This document shows, one piece after another, positions 28,830 to 38,441 of a DNA stretch of 64,000 bases (within the stretch, counting starts at the first letter, position 1; each line of letters starts with the position of its first letter). The translations under genes and the position numbers were made by a program. The stretch lies in the NCBI GenBank assembly GCA_963815115.1, contig CAWFFN010000007.1:960001-1024000 (forward strand), read 5' to 3'. Source of the stretch: an uncultured delta proteobacterium. Its GTDB lineage: Bacteria; Desulfobacterota; Binatia; DP-6. The notes under the pieces are model-generated. The model searched no databases, had not been told where the DNA came from, and worked only from the letters and a program-made list of their open reading frames with translations.

Positions 28830-31678
28830 GCACCAAGGAAGCCCCCGTCAATCCGCTGCTCGAGCTGCAGCGGATCGGCCAGTCACCGTGGCACGACAAC
28901 ATCCATCGCGGGCTGCTGCACGACGGAGCGCTCGCCCGCATGGCGCGCGACGGCGACGTCACCGGACTCACCTCCAACCCGACGATCTTCGACCAGGCGA
29001 TCGCCGAAGGGTCGGCGTACGACGAGGCGCTCGCGGCACTCGCGGCCGCCGGGCGGAGCCCGGAGGGAATCGTCGACACGCTGGTGATCGACGACATCCG
29101 GGCCGCGGCCGACGTCTTCCTGCCGGTGTTCCAGCGCACCCGGCGCGCCGACGGCTACGTCAGCATCGAGGTGGCTCCCGCGCTCGCCCACGACACCGCC
29201 GGCACGATCCGGGAGGCCCGCCGCCTGTGGCGAGCGGTGAATCGTCCCAACTTGATGGTGAAGATTCCCGGCACCCCCGAGGGCATCCCGGCCATCGCGG
29301 AGTGCATCGCGTCGGGCATCAACGTCAACGTGACGCTCATCTTCTCGCTGCGGCGCTATCGCGAGGTGATGGACGCCTACCTGGGCGGCCTCACGCAGCG
29401 TCTCGAGGCCGGGATGCGGGTCGATCGCATCGCCTCGGTGGCGAGCTTCTTCGTCAGCCGCATCGACACCGCCGTCGACCGGCTGCTCGAGGAGCGCATC
29501 GGGGCGGCCAGCGGCGAGCGGCGCGCGCGGCTGGAGCGCCTGCGGGGAAAGGCGGCCATCGCCCAGGCGAAGCTCGCCTACGTGGCCTTCCGCGAGACCT
29601 TCGCCAACGGACTCTTCGGCCTGCTGGCGCGCGAGGGGGCCCGTCCCCAGCGACCCCTCTGGGCGAGCACGTCGACCAAGAATCCGGCCTATCCGGACGT
29701 CTACTACGTCGAGGCGCTGATCGGCCCCGACACGGTGAACACCATGCCGCCGGCGACGCTGGCGGCCTATCGCGACCACGGCCACCCGGAGGATCGCATC
29801 GGGCAGGCGCTCGACCGCGCCCGCAGCGTGCTGTCCCAGCTCGCGCAGGACGGCATCGACATGGAGGCCGTCACCCAGCGGCTCGAGACCGAGGGCGTCG
29901 CCGCCTTCGCCCGGTCGTGGGAGAACCTGCTCGACACCGTCGCCCGGCGGCGGGAGGCCATGCGGCTGGCCGCTCGCACGACGGCCCGGCTCGGCCCCGC
30001 CGCACGCGGCGTGGCGCGCGCCGTCGCCGGGCTGGCGGCCGAGCGCGTCGGCGATCGCCTGTGGGCGGAGGATCCGGCTCTCTGGAAGCGCCAGGGCATA
30101 CCAGGCTCGGGCAGCTTTGCGTGGCTCGAGGTTCCGGAGGCGACCGCGCCCGCCGTCACCGCGATCACCGCCTTCGCGCAGGACGTGCGCGCAGCGGGGC
30201 TGAGCCAGGTGCTGGTGTGCGCCGTCGGGGCCGACGCGATGCCGGCGGACGTGCTGCGCCGCTGCGTCGGCGTCGCACGCGGCTGGCTCGACCTCCGCGT
30301 CCTCGACCCGGGCGATCCCGGAGCCGTGCTGGCGGCGGCGACGCGTGGCGACCCCGCACGCACCCTCTACCTCCTGGTCTCCTCGACACCGTCGCTGCCG
30401 GCGACGCTCGACGCCAGCTTCCGGCTGCTCTGGACGAGAGCGCGCGAGGTGCTCGGCGACGGCGCCGGTGCCCACTTCGCGGCCGTCAGCAGTCCCGGAG
30501 GCGCGCTCGAGTCGCTCGCCGTGGAGCACGGCTTCCGGCGCACGTTCCGGACGCCGGCCGACCTGGGCGGGCGTTGGGCTGCGCTCTCGCCGGTCGGGCT
30601 CGTGCCGGCGGCGCTCCTCGGCACCGATCTGGGTCGGCTGCTCGATCGGGCCCGACGCATGGCGACCGCGTGCAGCGCGGTCGTTCCTCCGCGCCAGAAC
30701 CCCGGCCTGTGGCTCGGCGCGACGCTCGGTGCGCTCGCCCTCAGCGGCCGCGACAAGCTCACCCTCGTGCTGCCCGATCGCCTCGCCAGCGTCGGCTCGT
30801 GGGTCGAGCAGCTCGTGGCGGGAGCGACCGGAAAGGACGGCCGCGGCCTGGTCCCCGTGGTGGGCGAGGCGCTCGGCACACCTGCCCTCTACGGCAAGGA
30901 TCGCCTGTTCGTTCACCTTCGCCTCGGCGCGCGACAGGACCGGGCAGCCGGCGCGCTGGCCCCGGCCGGCCATCCGGTCGTGACCCTCACGCTGAACGAC
31001 GCGTACGACCTCGGGGCGGAATTCGTGCGCTGGGAGATCGCCGCCGCGGTCGCGGCGCGCCTGCTCGACGTCCATCCCTTCGCCGAGCCGGAAGGCGTCG
31101 AGCTCGAAGCCGCGGCGCGACGCGCCGTCTCGGCCGCGCCGGACGACTCGCCGACGGTGCCGCTGGCACCGTCGGCCCCCGACTTCGTGGCGCGCCTCGG
31201 GACGCGCCTCGCCGCCGCGCGCGGCCGCCGCTGGGTGGCGCTGACGGCCTACGTCAGCCGGACGCCGCGCCGCGAGCGGCTGCTCGCCGACATCCGGTCG
31301 GCGATCCGCAAGCGGTTCGGTGTGGCCACCACGCTCGCGTTCGGGTCGGGAGCCCTCCGCACCACCGGACAGCTGCACGCGGGCGGCCCTCCCACGCTGA
31401 TCGCGCTCGACATCACGGCCGACGAACCGATCGACGCGCCCGTTCCGGGCACTGCCCGCGGCCTCGCCGCGCTGCAGATCGCCGAGGCGGCGGCACGCGC
31501 GCAGGTCCTGGTCGCGCACCGCCGACCCGTGGTGCGCGTGCATCTCGGCCGTCAGGTCGAGGCGGGACTCACCGCGACGCTGCTGGCGCTCCAGCGCCGC
31601 CCCGCTCCCCCCAAGAGCCGCCCGGCGGCGCACGGCAAGCCGGTCCCGGCGCGGACCCGCGCCGGTCGCCGGCGCTGA
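28826..31678 (+). CDS. tal: Transaldolase fused to degenerate glucose-6-phosphate isomerase domain
   Basis: GTG overlaps the tkt stop. Tal motifs [38 protein letters not shown]-like C-half ([14 protein letters not shown]) with altered catalytic motifs. Confidence 0.9.
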
Positions 31679-31685
31679 CGCCGGC

Positions 31686-32804
31686 TCAGCCGGCGCGCAG
31701 CAGCGCGAAGGCGCGCAGGAAGTTCGCGCCGAGGATCTTCTCGACCTGGCGTTCGGCGAAGCCGGTCTCGAGCAGGACCTGCACCAGCCGCGGGTAGCGA
31801 TCGGCGCCCGCGAGATCCGGTGGCGGGGTGATGGCGCCGTCGAAGTCGCTCCCGAGCGAGACGAAGTCCTCGCCCGCGACCCGGAGCACGTGCGCGATGT
31901 GCTCCGCCACCATGCCGGCATCGCCGGGGCCCCCGCGCCGGCGAAGGAACTGCTGGTGGAAGATGATGCCGATCGTTCCGCCCGTGTCGGCGATCGCCTT
32001 GATCTGCGCGTCACTCAGGTTGCGCCAGTGCGGCCGCACCGCGGCCACGCCCGTATGGCTGACCAGGAGCGGCTGGCTGCGGTCGTGCACCGCGACGGCG
32101 TCGAAGAACGCGCGCTCGTGGATGTGCGCCAGATCGACGAAGGTGCGCCGGGCGTTGAGCTGCGCCACCGCCTCGCGCCCCGCGTCGGTGAGCCCCTTCT
32201 CTGCGCGCGCGGCGCCCAGCGGGCTCGAGGTGGCGCCGTAGACGGCGTTGGTCAGGTGGACGAGCGTCGCGCGCACCACGCCGTCGTCGGGCAACGACAG
32301 CACGCCATCCGGTGCCGCCTCGAGCGCGTTCAGCCCCTGGATGGCGAGCAGGCACGCATGAGCCCCGCGCGCGCGTGCCTCGCGATATCCTTGCGGCGTC
32401 CGCACCTCGGCGAGGCGTCCCCCGGAGCGGGCGATGAGCCCGCGCAGCCGCGCCAGGTTTCGCTGGAACACGCGCCAGCGCGCGCGTGGCGTACGGAGCG
32501 GGTTGGTGGTGATCGACCACATCGCCCCGTCCAGGCCGCCGTCGATCATGCGGGGCACGTCGAGATGCCCGAAGAAGAAGCGTCCCAGCGGTCCGCCGCG
32601 GTGACGCGCCAGCGGGTCATAGCGCCACAACCGGGACGGGATCAAGGTATCGACGTGCAGATCGATCAACTCGCAGCGTCGGGCAAGCTGCACGGCGTCA
32701 AGCGAGCAGCCAATCGCCCTGGCGTGGACCGCCTCGTCGGTCACGTCGTGGAGCGGTCCTCGTGCGCCCTCGCCACGCCCCTCCGACCTTCGCCCGATTG
32801 CCAT
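31686..32804 (-). CDS. Membrane dipeptidase (peptidase M19)
   Basis: DLHVD, VDLAH, SHT, RNLSD, LGSDFDG, KILGANFLR. Start uncertain. Confidence 0.88.
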   Translation of the reverse strand: MAIGRRSEGRGEGARGPLHDVTDEAVHARAIGCSLDAVQLARRCELIDLHVDTLIPSRLWRYDPLARHRGGPLGRFFFGHLDVPRMIDGGLDGAMWSITTNPLRTPRARWRVFQRNLARLRGLIARSGGRLAEVRTPQGYREARARGAHACLLAIQGLNALEAAPDGVLSLPDDGVVRATLVHLTNAVYGATSSPLGAARAEKGLTDAGREAVAQLNARRTFVDLAHIHERAFFDAVAVHDRSQPLLVSHTGVAAVRPHWRNLSDAQIKAIADTGGTIGIIFHQQFLRRRGGPGDAGMVAEHIAHVLRVAGEDFVSLGSDFDGAITPPPDLAGADRYPRLVQVLLETGFAERQVEKILGANFLRAFALLRAG

Positions 32805-32916
32805 CGCGGCCGGCATTCTGTATTCCGCCCGAACTCGCAACAAGAAATCTCCTCGCGGCACGAGACCATCGCCGGCGGCCTGCGCGTCCGGCGGTCGCGA
32901 GGGGGAAAGGTACACC

Positions 32917-33840
32917 ATGCAATACGTCGGCCCGCGGACGTCGGTCCAGGGGCCGCGCGGATGTGTGTCCGCGCGGCTCGCCCTGACATTTCTGACCCTC
33001 GTCATGCTGCCGACCGAGAGCTGGGCGCTCGGCGCCCGCCTCAGCTGGCAACCGTCCCCGGACTCGCGGGTGACGGGCTATTTCCTCTACGTCCGCCAGG
33101 CCACCATGCCCTACGGCGTCGCCGTCGATGCCGGGGCACCGCACCCCGGGGCCGATGGCACGCTCGCGTACGACGTGTCCGGGCTCTCGGAGAACCAGGT
33201 CTACTTCGTCGCCCTCACCGCCTACACCGCCACACACCTCGAGAGCGGCCTGTCCAACGAGCTGCCGATCGGGACACCGAACCCCTGCGTGCAGGACGCG
33301 TGCGTCAGCAAGACGCAGTGCTCCGTGGTGAAGCTCCCGGACGGCACCGCATGTGGCGGCCCGGGCGGCGCGCTGTGCGGCGCCAGCTGCCTGGCGGGAA
33401 GCTGCGCCGGCATCTCGCCGCACGCGTTCACCCTGGACGGCATGCGCCTCCGCCTGTCCGGCAACGAGCTCCGCGTCACCGCGAGCGGACGGTTCACCTC
33501 GTCCCCGTCCTTCGATCCCGCCGCCGACGGCCTCGAGCTCACCGTCACCGATGATGCCGGCACGTCGCTCGCCCAGGTGACGCTCCCCGCCGGCGCGTTC
33601 GTCGGCAGCCCCGATGGCAGCTCCATCAAGCTCGTGCGCCAGAAGGGCAACCAGGGACCGGTGCGGCGGCTCCTCTTCCGCACCAAGGGCGGCGAGACGC
33701 GCTGGAAGCTCCGACTCTCGGGGGCGCCCCCTGCGGGTCTGCCGAGCGCCGGCGCCGTCACCCTCGAGAGCGGCAGCGCCTGCCTGGCGAGCTCCGTCCT
33801 GGCCTGCAGGGTACGCGCCGCGTCGGCCTCCTGTCGCTGA
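32917..33840 (+). CDS. Secreted fibronectin type III protein with Cys-rich linker and basic C-terminal domain
   Basis: Signal peptide; LSWQP...VTGY.LY...GL....YFVALTAY...ESGLSNE Fn3 pattern. Confidence 0.75.
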   Translation: MQYVGPRTSVQGPRGCVSARLALTFLTLVMLPTESWALGARLSWQPSPDSRVTGYFLYVRQATMPYGVAVDAGAPHPGADGTLAYDVSGLSENQVYFVALTAYTATHLESGLSNELPIGTPNPCVQDACVSKTQCSVVKLPDGTACGGPGGALCGASCLAGSCAGISPHAFTLDGMRLRLSGNELRVTASGRFTSSPSFDPAADGLELTVTDDAGTSLAQVTLPAGAFVGSPDGSSIKLVRQKGNQGPVRRLLFRTKGGETRWKLRLSGAPPAGLPSAGAVTLESGSACLASSVLACRVRAASASCR

Positions 33841-33858
33841 CCGGCACCCGGTTCCGGG

Positions 33859-36000
33859 TCAGCCCGCGGCGGCCACCGGCGCGGCGTCGATCGCGAGCCA
33901 GGGCGGGTCGGCCTCGCCCTCGGAGCCGCTGAAGACGAACGTGTCGTCTTCCCGCGAGAAGCCGTTCGACGGCAGGAAGTCGTGGCAGGGCGCATTGTGC
34001 GGCGTCACGACGAGGCGCGTGAGGAGCGCTTCGCCGTTTCGCCTCAGCACGCGCTTGATGTGGTTCATGACGGCGCGCTCGATGCCGTAGCCGAACACGC
34101 GGCAGCTCAGGACGAACACGGGAATCTCCATCCCGCGGGCGGTCCGCCGGGCCACCGCGATGCAGACGGTGCCGTTCGAGCCGAACCGGTCCGACGCGGA
34201 CGCGAGCAGGATCGTCGTCGCCGGGTCCTCGTGCCAGCCCTTGACCTCGGCGAACGTCGTCCGGCTGGCCTGCAGGTTGAACTGGTTGGTGCGGTTGACC
34301 AGCTCCGCGACGCGCTTCAGATCGGCGGCGTCGGCCTCCCGGATCTGGACCCGGAGCTCGAGATTGGCCAGCAACTCCCGCTCGTCCTCGGCCGAGGCGC
34401 GCGTCAGCAGCTCACTTCGCTGATGGTACTGGCGGTACATCTCCGTGCGGTCCGTTCCGCCCGACTCGAGTAGACCGGCCCACAGCTCGAGCCGGCGCCA
34501 CGCCCGCTCGGACGTGGCGTCCAGGGTGACGATGCCGGGGACGCCCTGCGCCACCATCGCCCGCTCGTCCGGGCGATCGTCGATGAAGACGAAATCCTTC
34601 GCCTTCAGGTTGAGGCTCTCGGCGATCCGCTTCGTGTTGCGCACCTTCGAGTCCCAGTTGATCTCGCGGTGGACGAAGTCGTCCTCCCGGAGCAGCCCGC
34701 CGGCGAAGTGGACCTTGTCGGGGTCGTTCTTCGAGTTGACCGCCAGCACCACCCCCTTCCGCTTGAGCGCGACGAGCACGCGCTGCCGGTCCAGGTGGTG
34801 TCGCACCGCACCTTCGCCGATCACGCCATCCCAGAGCGTGTTGTCGAGATCGCACACCACGAGCTTCTTCTTCATCAGGTCGAGCACGACCGCGACGACG
34901 TCCACGTAGACGTCGGCCAGCAGGCGCCCGAGCATCGCCGGATGCTGGTACTCGGCGGCGTGCAGATAGCGGCCGAGGCGGGCCTCGCCGTGGGCACGGA
35001 TCCAGGAGGTCTCGTCGAGGACGTGCAGATGCTCGAAGGTCTCCCGGTTGAGCGTCTCGACCGCGGCCGCCACCTGCCGGTTCAGGACGGCGGCCAGGCG
35101 GCGGCGGCCCGGCGAGGTCGCGATCCGTCGCAGCGTACTGCGCGCGGATCCGTCCGAGCGGATCACCTGGGCCGTGTTGTGCACGATCACCGGACACTCG
35201 AAGCGCTCGGCGAGCAGGGCCAGCGTCGGCATCACCTGCGCGAAGGCTTCGCTCCCCACGGCCCGTGCCTGCCACGGTCCCGACGCGGCGGCGCGAAGAT
35301 GGTGGAGCGGCTCGAGGGAGGGCACGAACTCGTAGGTGAACGGGCTGTAGAACACCGCGTGGTACTGCGCCGGATCGAGTGCACCGATCTCGCGGCGAAG
35401 CTGGGCCGGGTTCTTCGAGGTGGCGAAGGTGGGGACGAGCGTGATGCCTTCCGCCGCCAGCGCCGGCTGGGCGAACGTGACGATGTCGAGATACAGACAG
35501 TCGCCGACCAGGAGGACGCGCGCCTCGCGCTCCCCTTCGGCGAGCACCGCGGCGTAGGCACGCTCCAGGACGTCGTCCAGGGCGGCCTTCTCGGCCGCGT
35601 CGAGCTGGACGTCCAGGACGTCGTGGAAGACCCGCTTCTCGTCCTCGACGACGCGCTTGCGGAACGCGCTGCGCTCGGCGCCCTGGAGGGGGTCGTAGTG
35701 CAGCTGCTTGAGCTTCTCTCCGGTGAAGAGGTGCTCGTAGAGCGCGTCGCCGGTCTCGAATCGGAGCGCCAGGTAGTCGACCAGGGGTCGCTTCTCGGCG
35801 TCCAGCACGAATTCCACCCCCCCTTCGGCCACCATCCTCGTCGTGCGTTCCCACTCCGCCACGACGTCGTAGAGCCGCTCGCTCAGTCGCTCCCGGTTGT
35901 CGGCCAGGGCGCGCGCGAGGCGAGGCCTGGCGACGACGCCTGCGGATCCGCCGCCGCGGCCGTCACGGATCCCTTGTGAGCGACAGGAAAGCGTGGCCAT
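33859..36000 (-). CDS. FkbH-like HAD-IIIC glyceryl-transferase/phosphatase with long N-terminal SGNH-like region
   Basis: VCDLDNTLWDG, NSKN, FIDD, RTNQFN, LSCRV; upstream VLLVGDC...QHP. Confidence 0.88.
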   Translation of the reverse strand: MATLSCRSQGIRDGRGGGSAGVVARPRLARALADNRERLSERLYDVVAEWERTTRMVAEGGVEFVLDAEKRPLVDYLALRFETGDALYEHLFTGEKLKQLHYDPLQGAERSAFRKRVVEDEKRVFHDVLDVQLDAAEKAALDDVLERAYAAVLAEGEREARVLLVGDCLYLDIVTFAQPALAAEGITLVPTFATSKNPAQLRREIGALDPAQYHAVFYSPFTYEFVPSLEPLHHLRAAASGPWQARAVGSEAFAQVMPTLALLAERFECPVIVHNTAQVIRSDGSARSTLRRIATSPGRRRLAAVLNRQVAAAVETLNRETFEHLHVLDETSWIRAHGEARLGRYLHAAEYQHPAMLGRLLADVYVDVVAVVLDLMKKKLVVCDLDNTLWDGVIGEGAVRHHLDRQRVLVALKRKGVVLAVNSKNDPDKVHFAGGLLREDDFVHREINWDSKVRNTKRIAESLNLKAKDFVFIDDRPDERAMVAQGVPGIVTLDATSERAWRRLELWAGLLESGGTDRTEMYRQYHQRSELLTRASAEDERELLANLELRVQIREADAADLKRVAELVNRTNQFNLQASRTTFAEVKGWHEDPATTILLASASDRFGSNGTVCIAVARRTARGMEIPVFVLSCRVFGYGIERAVMNHIKRVLRRNGEALLTRLVVTPHNAPCHDFLPSNGFSREDDTFVFSGSEGEADPPWLAIDAAPVAAAG

Positions 36001-36156
36001 CCGCTGCAACCCTAAAGGACGAACTCTAGCACGGGAATGGGTCGGCGGCCCGCGGGCCCCGCGAGTGCACGTGCCGGGGCCGAGCCTGTATCATCGCCGC
36101 CGGTGTATCCGTCGGTTCGAGACCATGGACCACCCGGCGCGCTCGAGCCGGTACTC

Positions 36157-37377
36157 GTGGCAGCCCAGCCGCGCTGGGGGGCCGTCAGCCGCAACGTCGT
36201 CCTGCTCGGACTCACCAGCCTGCTCACGGACATCTCCTCGGAGTCGTTGAGTGCGGTGCTCCCGCTGTACTTCATGTTCGAGCTCGGCATGACGCCGCTG
36301 CAGTTCGGGCTGCTCGACGGCCTGTACCAGGGCTCCAGCGCGCTCGTCCGGGTCGCCGGCGGCCTCGTGGCGGATGCCGGCAGCCGCTACAAGCCGGTCG
36401 CGCTGGTCGGCTACGCCCTGTCGGCGTTCTGCAAGCTCGGCCTCCTCGTCGTGGGGTCGGCCTGGGCTCCGATCGCCTCCCTGCTGATGATCGACCGGCT
36501 CGGCAAGGGACTCCGGACCGCGCCGCGTGACGCCCTGATCACCCTCAGCAGCGAGCCGTCGCGTCTCGGCGAGGCGTTCGGCGCCCATCGGGCCATGGAC
36601 ACCGTCGGGGCGGTGCTGGGACCCATCCTCGCCGTGCTGGTGCTGGCAGCGGCGCCGGGGGCCTACGACGCGGTGTTCGTCATCAGCTTCGCCGTCGCCC
36701 TGGTCGGTCTCGCGGTCCTCGCCCTCTTCGTCGAGAACCGGAGCGATCCGCATGCCCTCGCGACGCCCGGGCCGCGGCCGCACGTCCGCCTGCGCGCCGC
36801 CTTCGCCAGCCGGCGCTTTCGCGCTCTGGTGGTCGCGGGTGGAATCCTCGGTCTGCTGACCGCCAGCGACGCGCTGATCTACCTCTTGCTGCAACGACGC
36901 GGCGCCGTCCCGATCACGCTCTTTCCCCTGTTGTTCGTGGGCACGGCCGTGGTGTATCTGCTGCTCGCGCTGCCCGTCGGACGTCTGGCGGACCGCTGGG
37001 GGCGCCACCGGGTGTTTCTCGCCGGCCATGGACTGGTGCTCGGCATCTACGTGCTCCTGCTCACCTCCACCCTGCCCGCCACGGGAATCGCGGCGTGCGT
37101 CGGGTTGCTCGGGGCGTACTACGCCGCGACCGACGGCGTCTTGTCGGCGCTCGCCAGCAGCGTGCTCGAGAAGGAACAGCTCACCACCGGCCTGGCGGTC
37201 GTCAGCACCACGACGGCGGTGGCGCGGCTGCTGGCATCGTCGCTCTTCGGCGCCGTGTGGAGCTGGCGGGGACCGACCGATGCTCTCGCGGCCTTCGGCG
37301 GGGGACTCCTCGTCGCCGCCGTCATCGCAGCCGGCCTGCTACGCGTGAGCCGCCCGTGGGTGGCCGCTCCGGAGTGA
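36157..37377 (+). CDS. MFS transporter
   Basis: SLLTDISSE, DRLGKGLRTAPRDALI, AFGAHRAMD, GRLADRWGR; about 12 TM helices. Start uncertain. Confidence 0.9.
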   Translation: MAAQPRWGAVSRNVVLLGLTSLLTDISSESLSAVLPLYFMFELGMTPLQFGLLDGLYQGSSALVRVAGGLVADAGSRYKPVALVGYALSAFCKLGLLVVGSAWAPIASLLMIDRLGKGLRTAPRDALITLSSEPSRLGEAFGAHRAMDTVGAVLGPILAVLVLAAAPGAYDAVFVISFAVALVGLAVLALFVENRSDPHALATPGPRPHVRLRAAFASRRFRALVVAGGILGLLTASDALIYLLLQRRGAVPITLFPLLFVGTAVVYLLLALPVGRLADRWGRHRVFLAGHGLVLGIYVLLLTSTLPATGIAACVGLLGAYYAATDGVLSALASSVLEKEQLTTGLAVVSTTTAVARLLASSLFGAVWSWRGPTDALAAFGGGLLVAAVIAAGLLRVSRPWVAAPE

Positions 37378-38429
37378 CCCTCGTGTCCCGTCGCGTCCTG
37401 CTCTTCGTCGTGATCGCGGTCTGCTGCGTCGGCGGCGCCGGCGCGTACCTCCTGCACGCCGCCCGGCGGTCGGCCCTGCCAGCCGTCCAGCCGCAGCGGT
37501 CGGACGGCGCGGGACGTCCGCTCGCGCCCGGGGAATCCCCGCCGTCCGGTCCGCTGGTCGTCTTCCGACACACCTCGACCGACCAGTACAATGGCGTGCT
37601 GGGCGTCTCGCCGCTCGCCGACCCCAGCGCTCCGCGCTTCGTGGACGGACTCCGCTGCGAGCGCGTGCACATGGCCGCGGGCAAGGGCGTCTGCTTGGTG
37701 GCCAACCGGGGCGTCTTCACCACCTACCGCGCCGTGCTCTTCGACCAGAGCTTCAAACCGCGCGGCGAGCTTCCGCTGGCGGGCGTTCCCAGCCGGGTCC
37801 AGGTCGCGCCCGACGGAAGGCTGGCCGGCACCACCGTGTTCGTCAGCGGTCACTCCTACTCGGACGGCGGCTTCTCGACCCGCACCTCGATCGCCGACCT
37901 CGATACGGGCAAGTGGCTGGTCGAGGATCTGGAGACGTTCACCGTACGCCGCAAGGGCCAGCAGATCCAGTCACCCGACTTCAACTTCTGGGGCGTCACC
38001 TTCCGGTCGGACGGCCGCACCTTCTACGCCACGCTCGGCACGGGCGCCGAGACGTTGCTGGTCAAGGGCGACGTCGACGCGCGCGTCATGGACGTGATCG
38101 AGGAGAGCGTCGAGTGCCCCTCGCTGTCACCCGACGGCCGGCGCGTGGCCTTCAAGCAACGCAGCGGCGGCGTCACCGGTCCGGTGACGTGGCGCCTCTG
38201 GGTGCTCGAGCTCGACACCGGCAAGCGGCATCCGCTCGCGGAGACGCGCAACGTGGACGATCAGGCACAGTGGCTCGACGACGGGCACGTACTCTACGCC
38301 ATCCCCGCCGGAGCCGACCGCCCGACCGTCATGGACGTGTGGGCGGTGCCTGCAGACGGCGCCGGAGAGCCCCGCCTGTTCCTCCCGGGGGCCTATTCCG
38401 CGGCCGTCGAGCGGGCAGCCCGCGGATAG
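37374..38429 (+). CDS. Membrane-anchored TolB-like (PD40) beta-propeller protein
   Basis: GTG overlaps the MFS stop; N-terminal TM helix; CERV, NFWGVTF, VECPSLSPDGRRVAFK, VDDQAQW. Confidence 0.8.
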   Translation: MTLVSRRVLLFVVIAVCCVGGAGAYLLHAARRSALPAVQPQRSDGAGRPLAPGESPPSGPLVVFRHTSTDQYNGVLGVSPLADPSAPRFVDGLRCERVHMAAGKGVCLVANRGVFTTYRAVLFDQSFKPRGELPLAGVPSRVQVAPDGRLAGTTVFVSGHSYSDGGFSTRTSIADLDTGKWLVEDLETFTVRRKGQQIQSPDFNFWGVTFRSDGRTFYATLGTGAETLLVKGDVDARVMDVIEESVECPSLSPDGRRVAFKQRSGGVTGPVTWRLWVLELDTGKRHPLAETRNVDDQAQWLDDGHVLYAIPAGADRPTVMDVWAVPADGAGEPRLFLPGAYSAAVERAARG

Positions 38430-38441
38430 AACCCGGCCTGG

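Noticed and set aside
32330-32350. Inactive dipeptidase because IQG replaces the usual metal-bridging IEG
   Set aside because: Other metal ligands are intact; a single substitution cannot be judged without an alignment.
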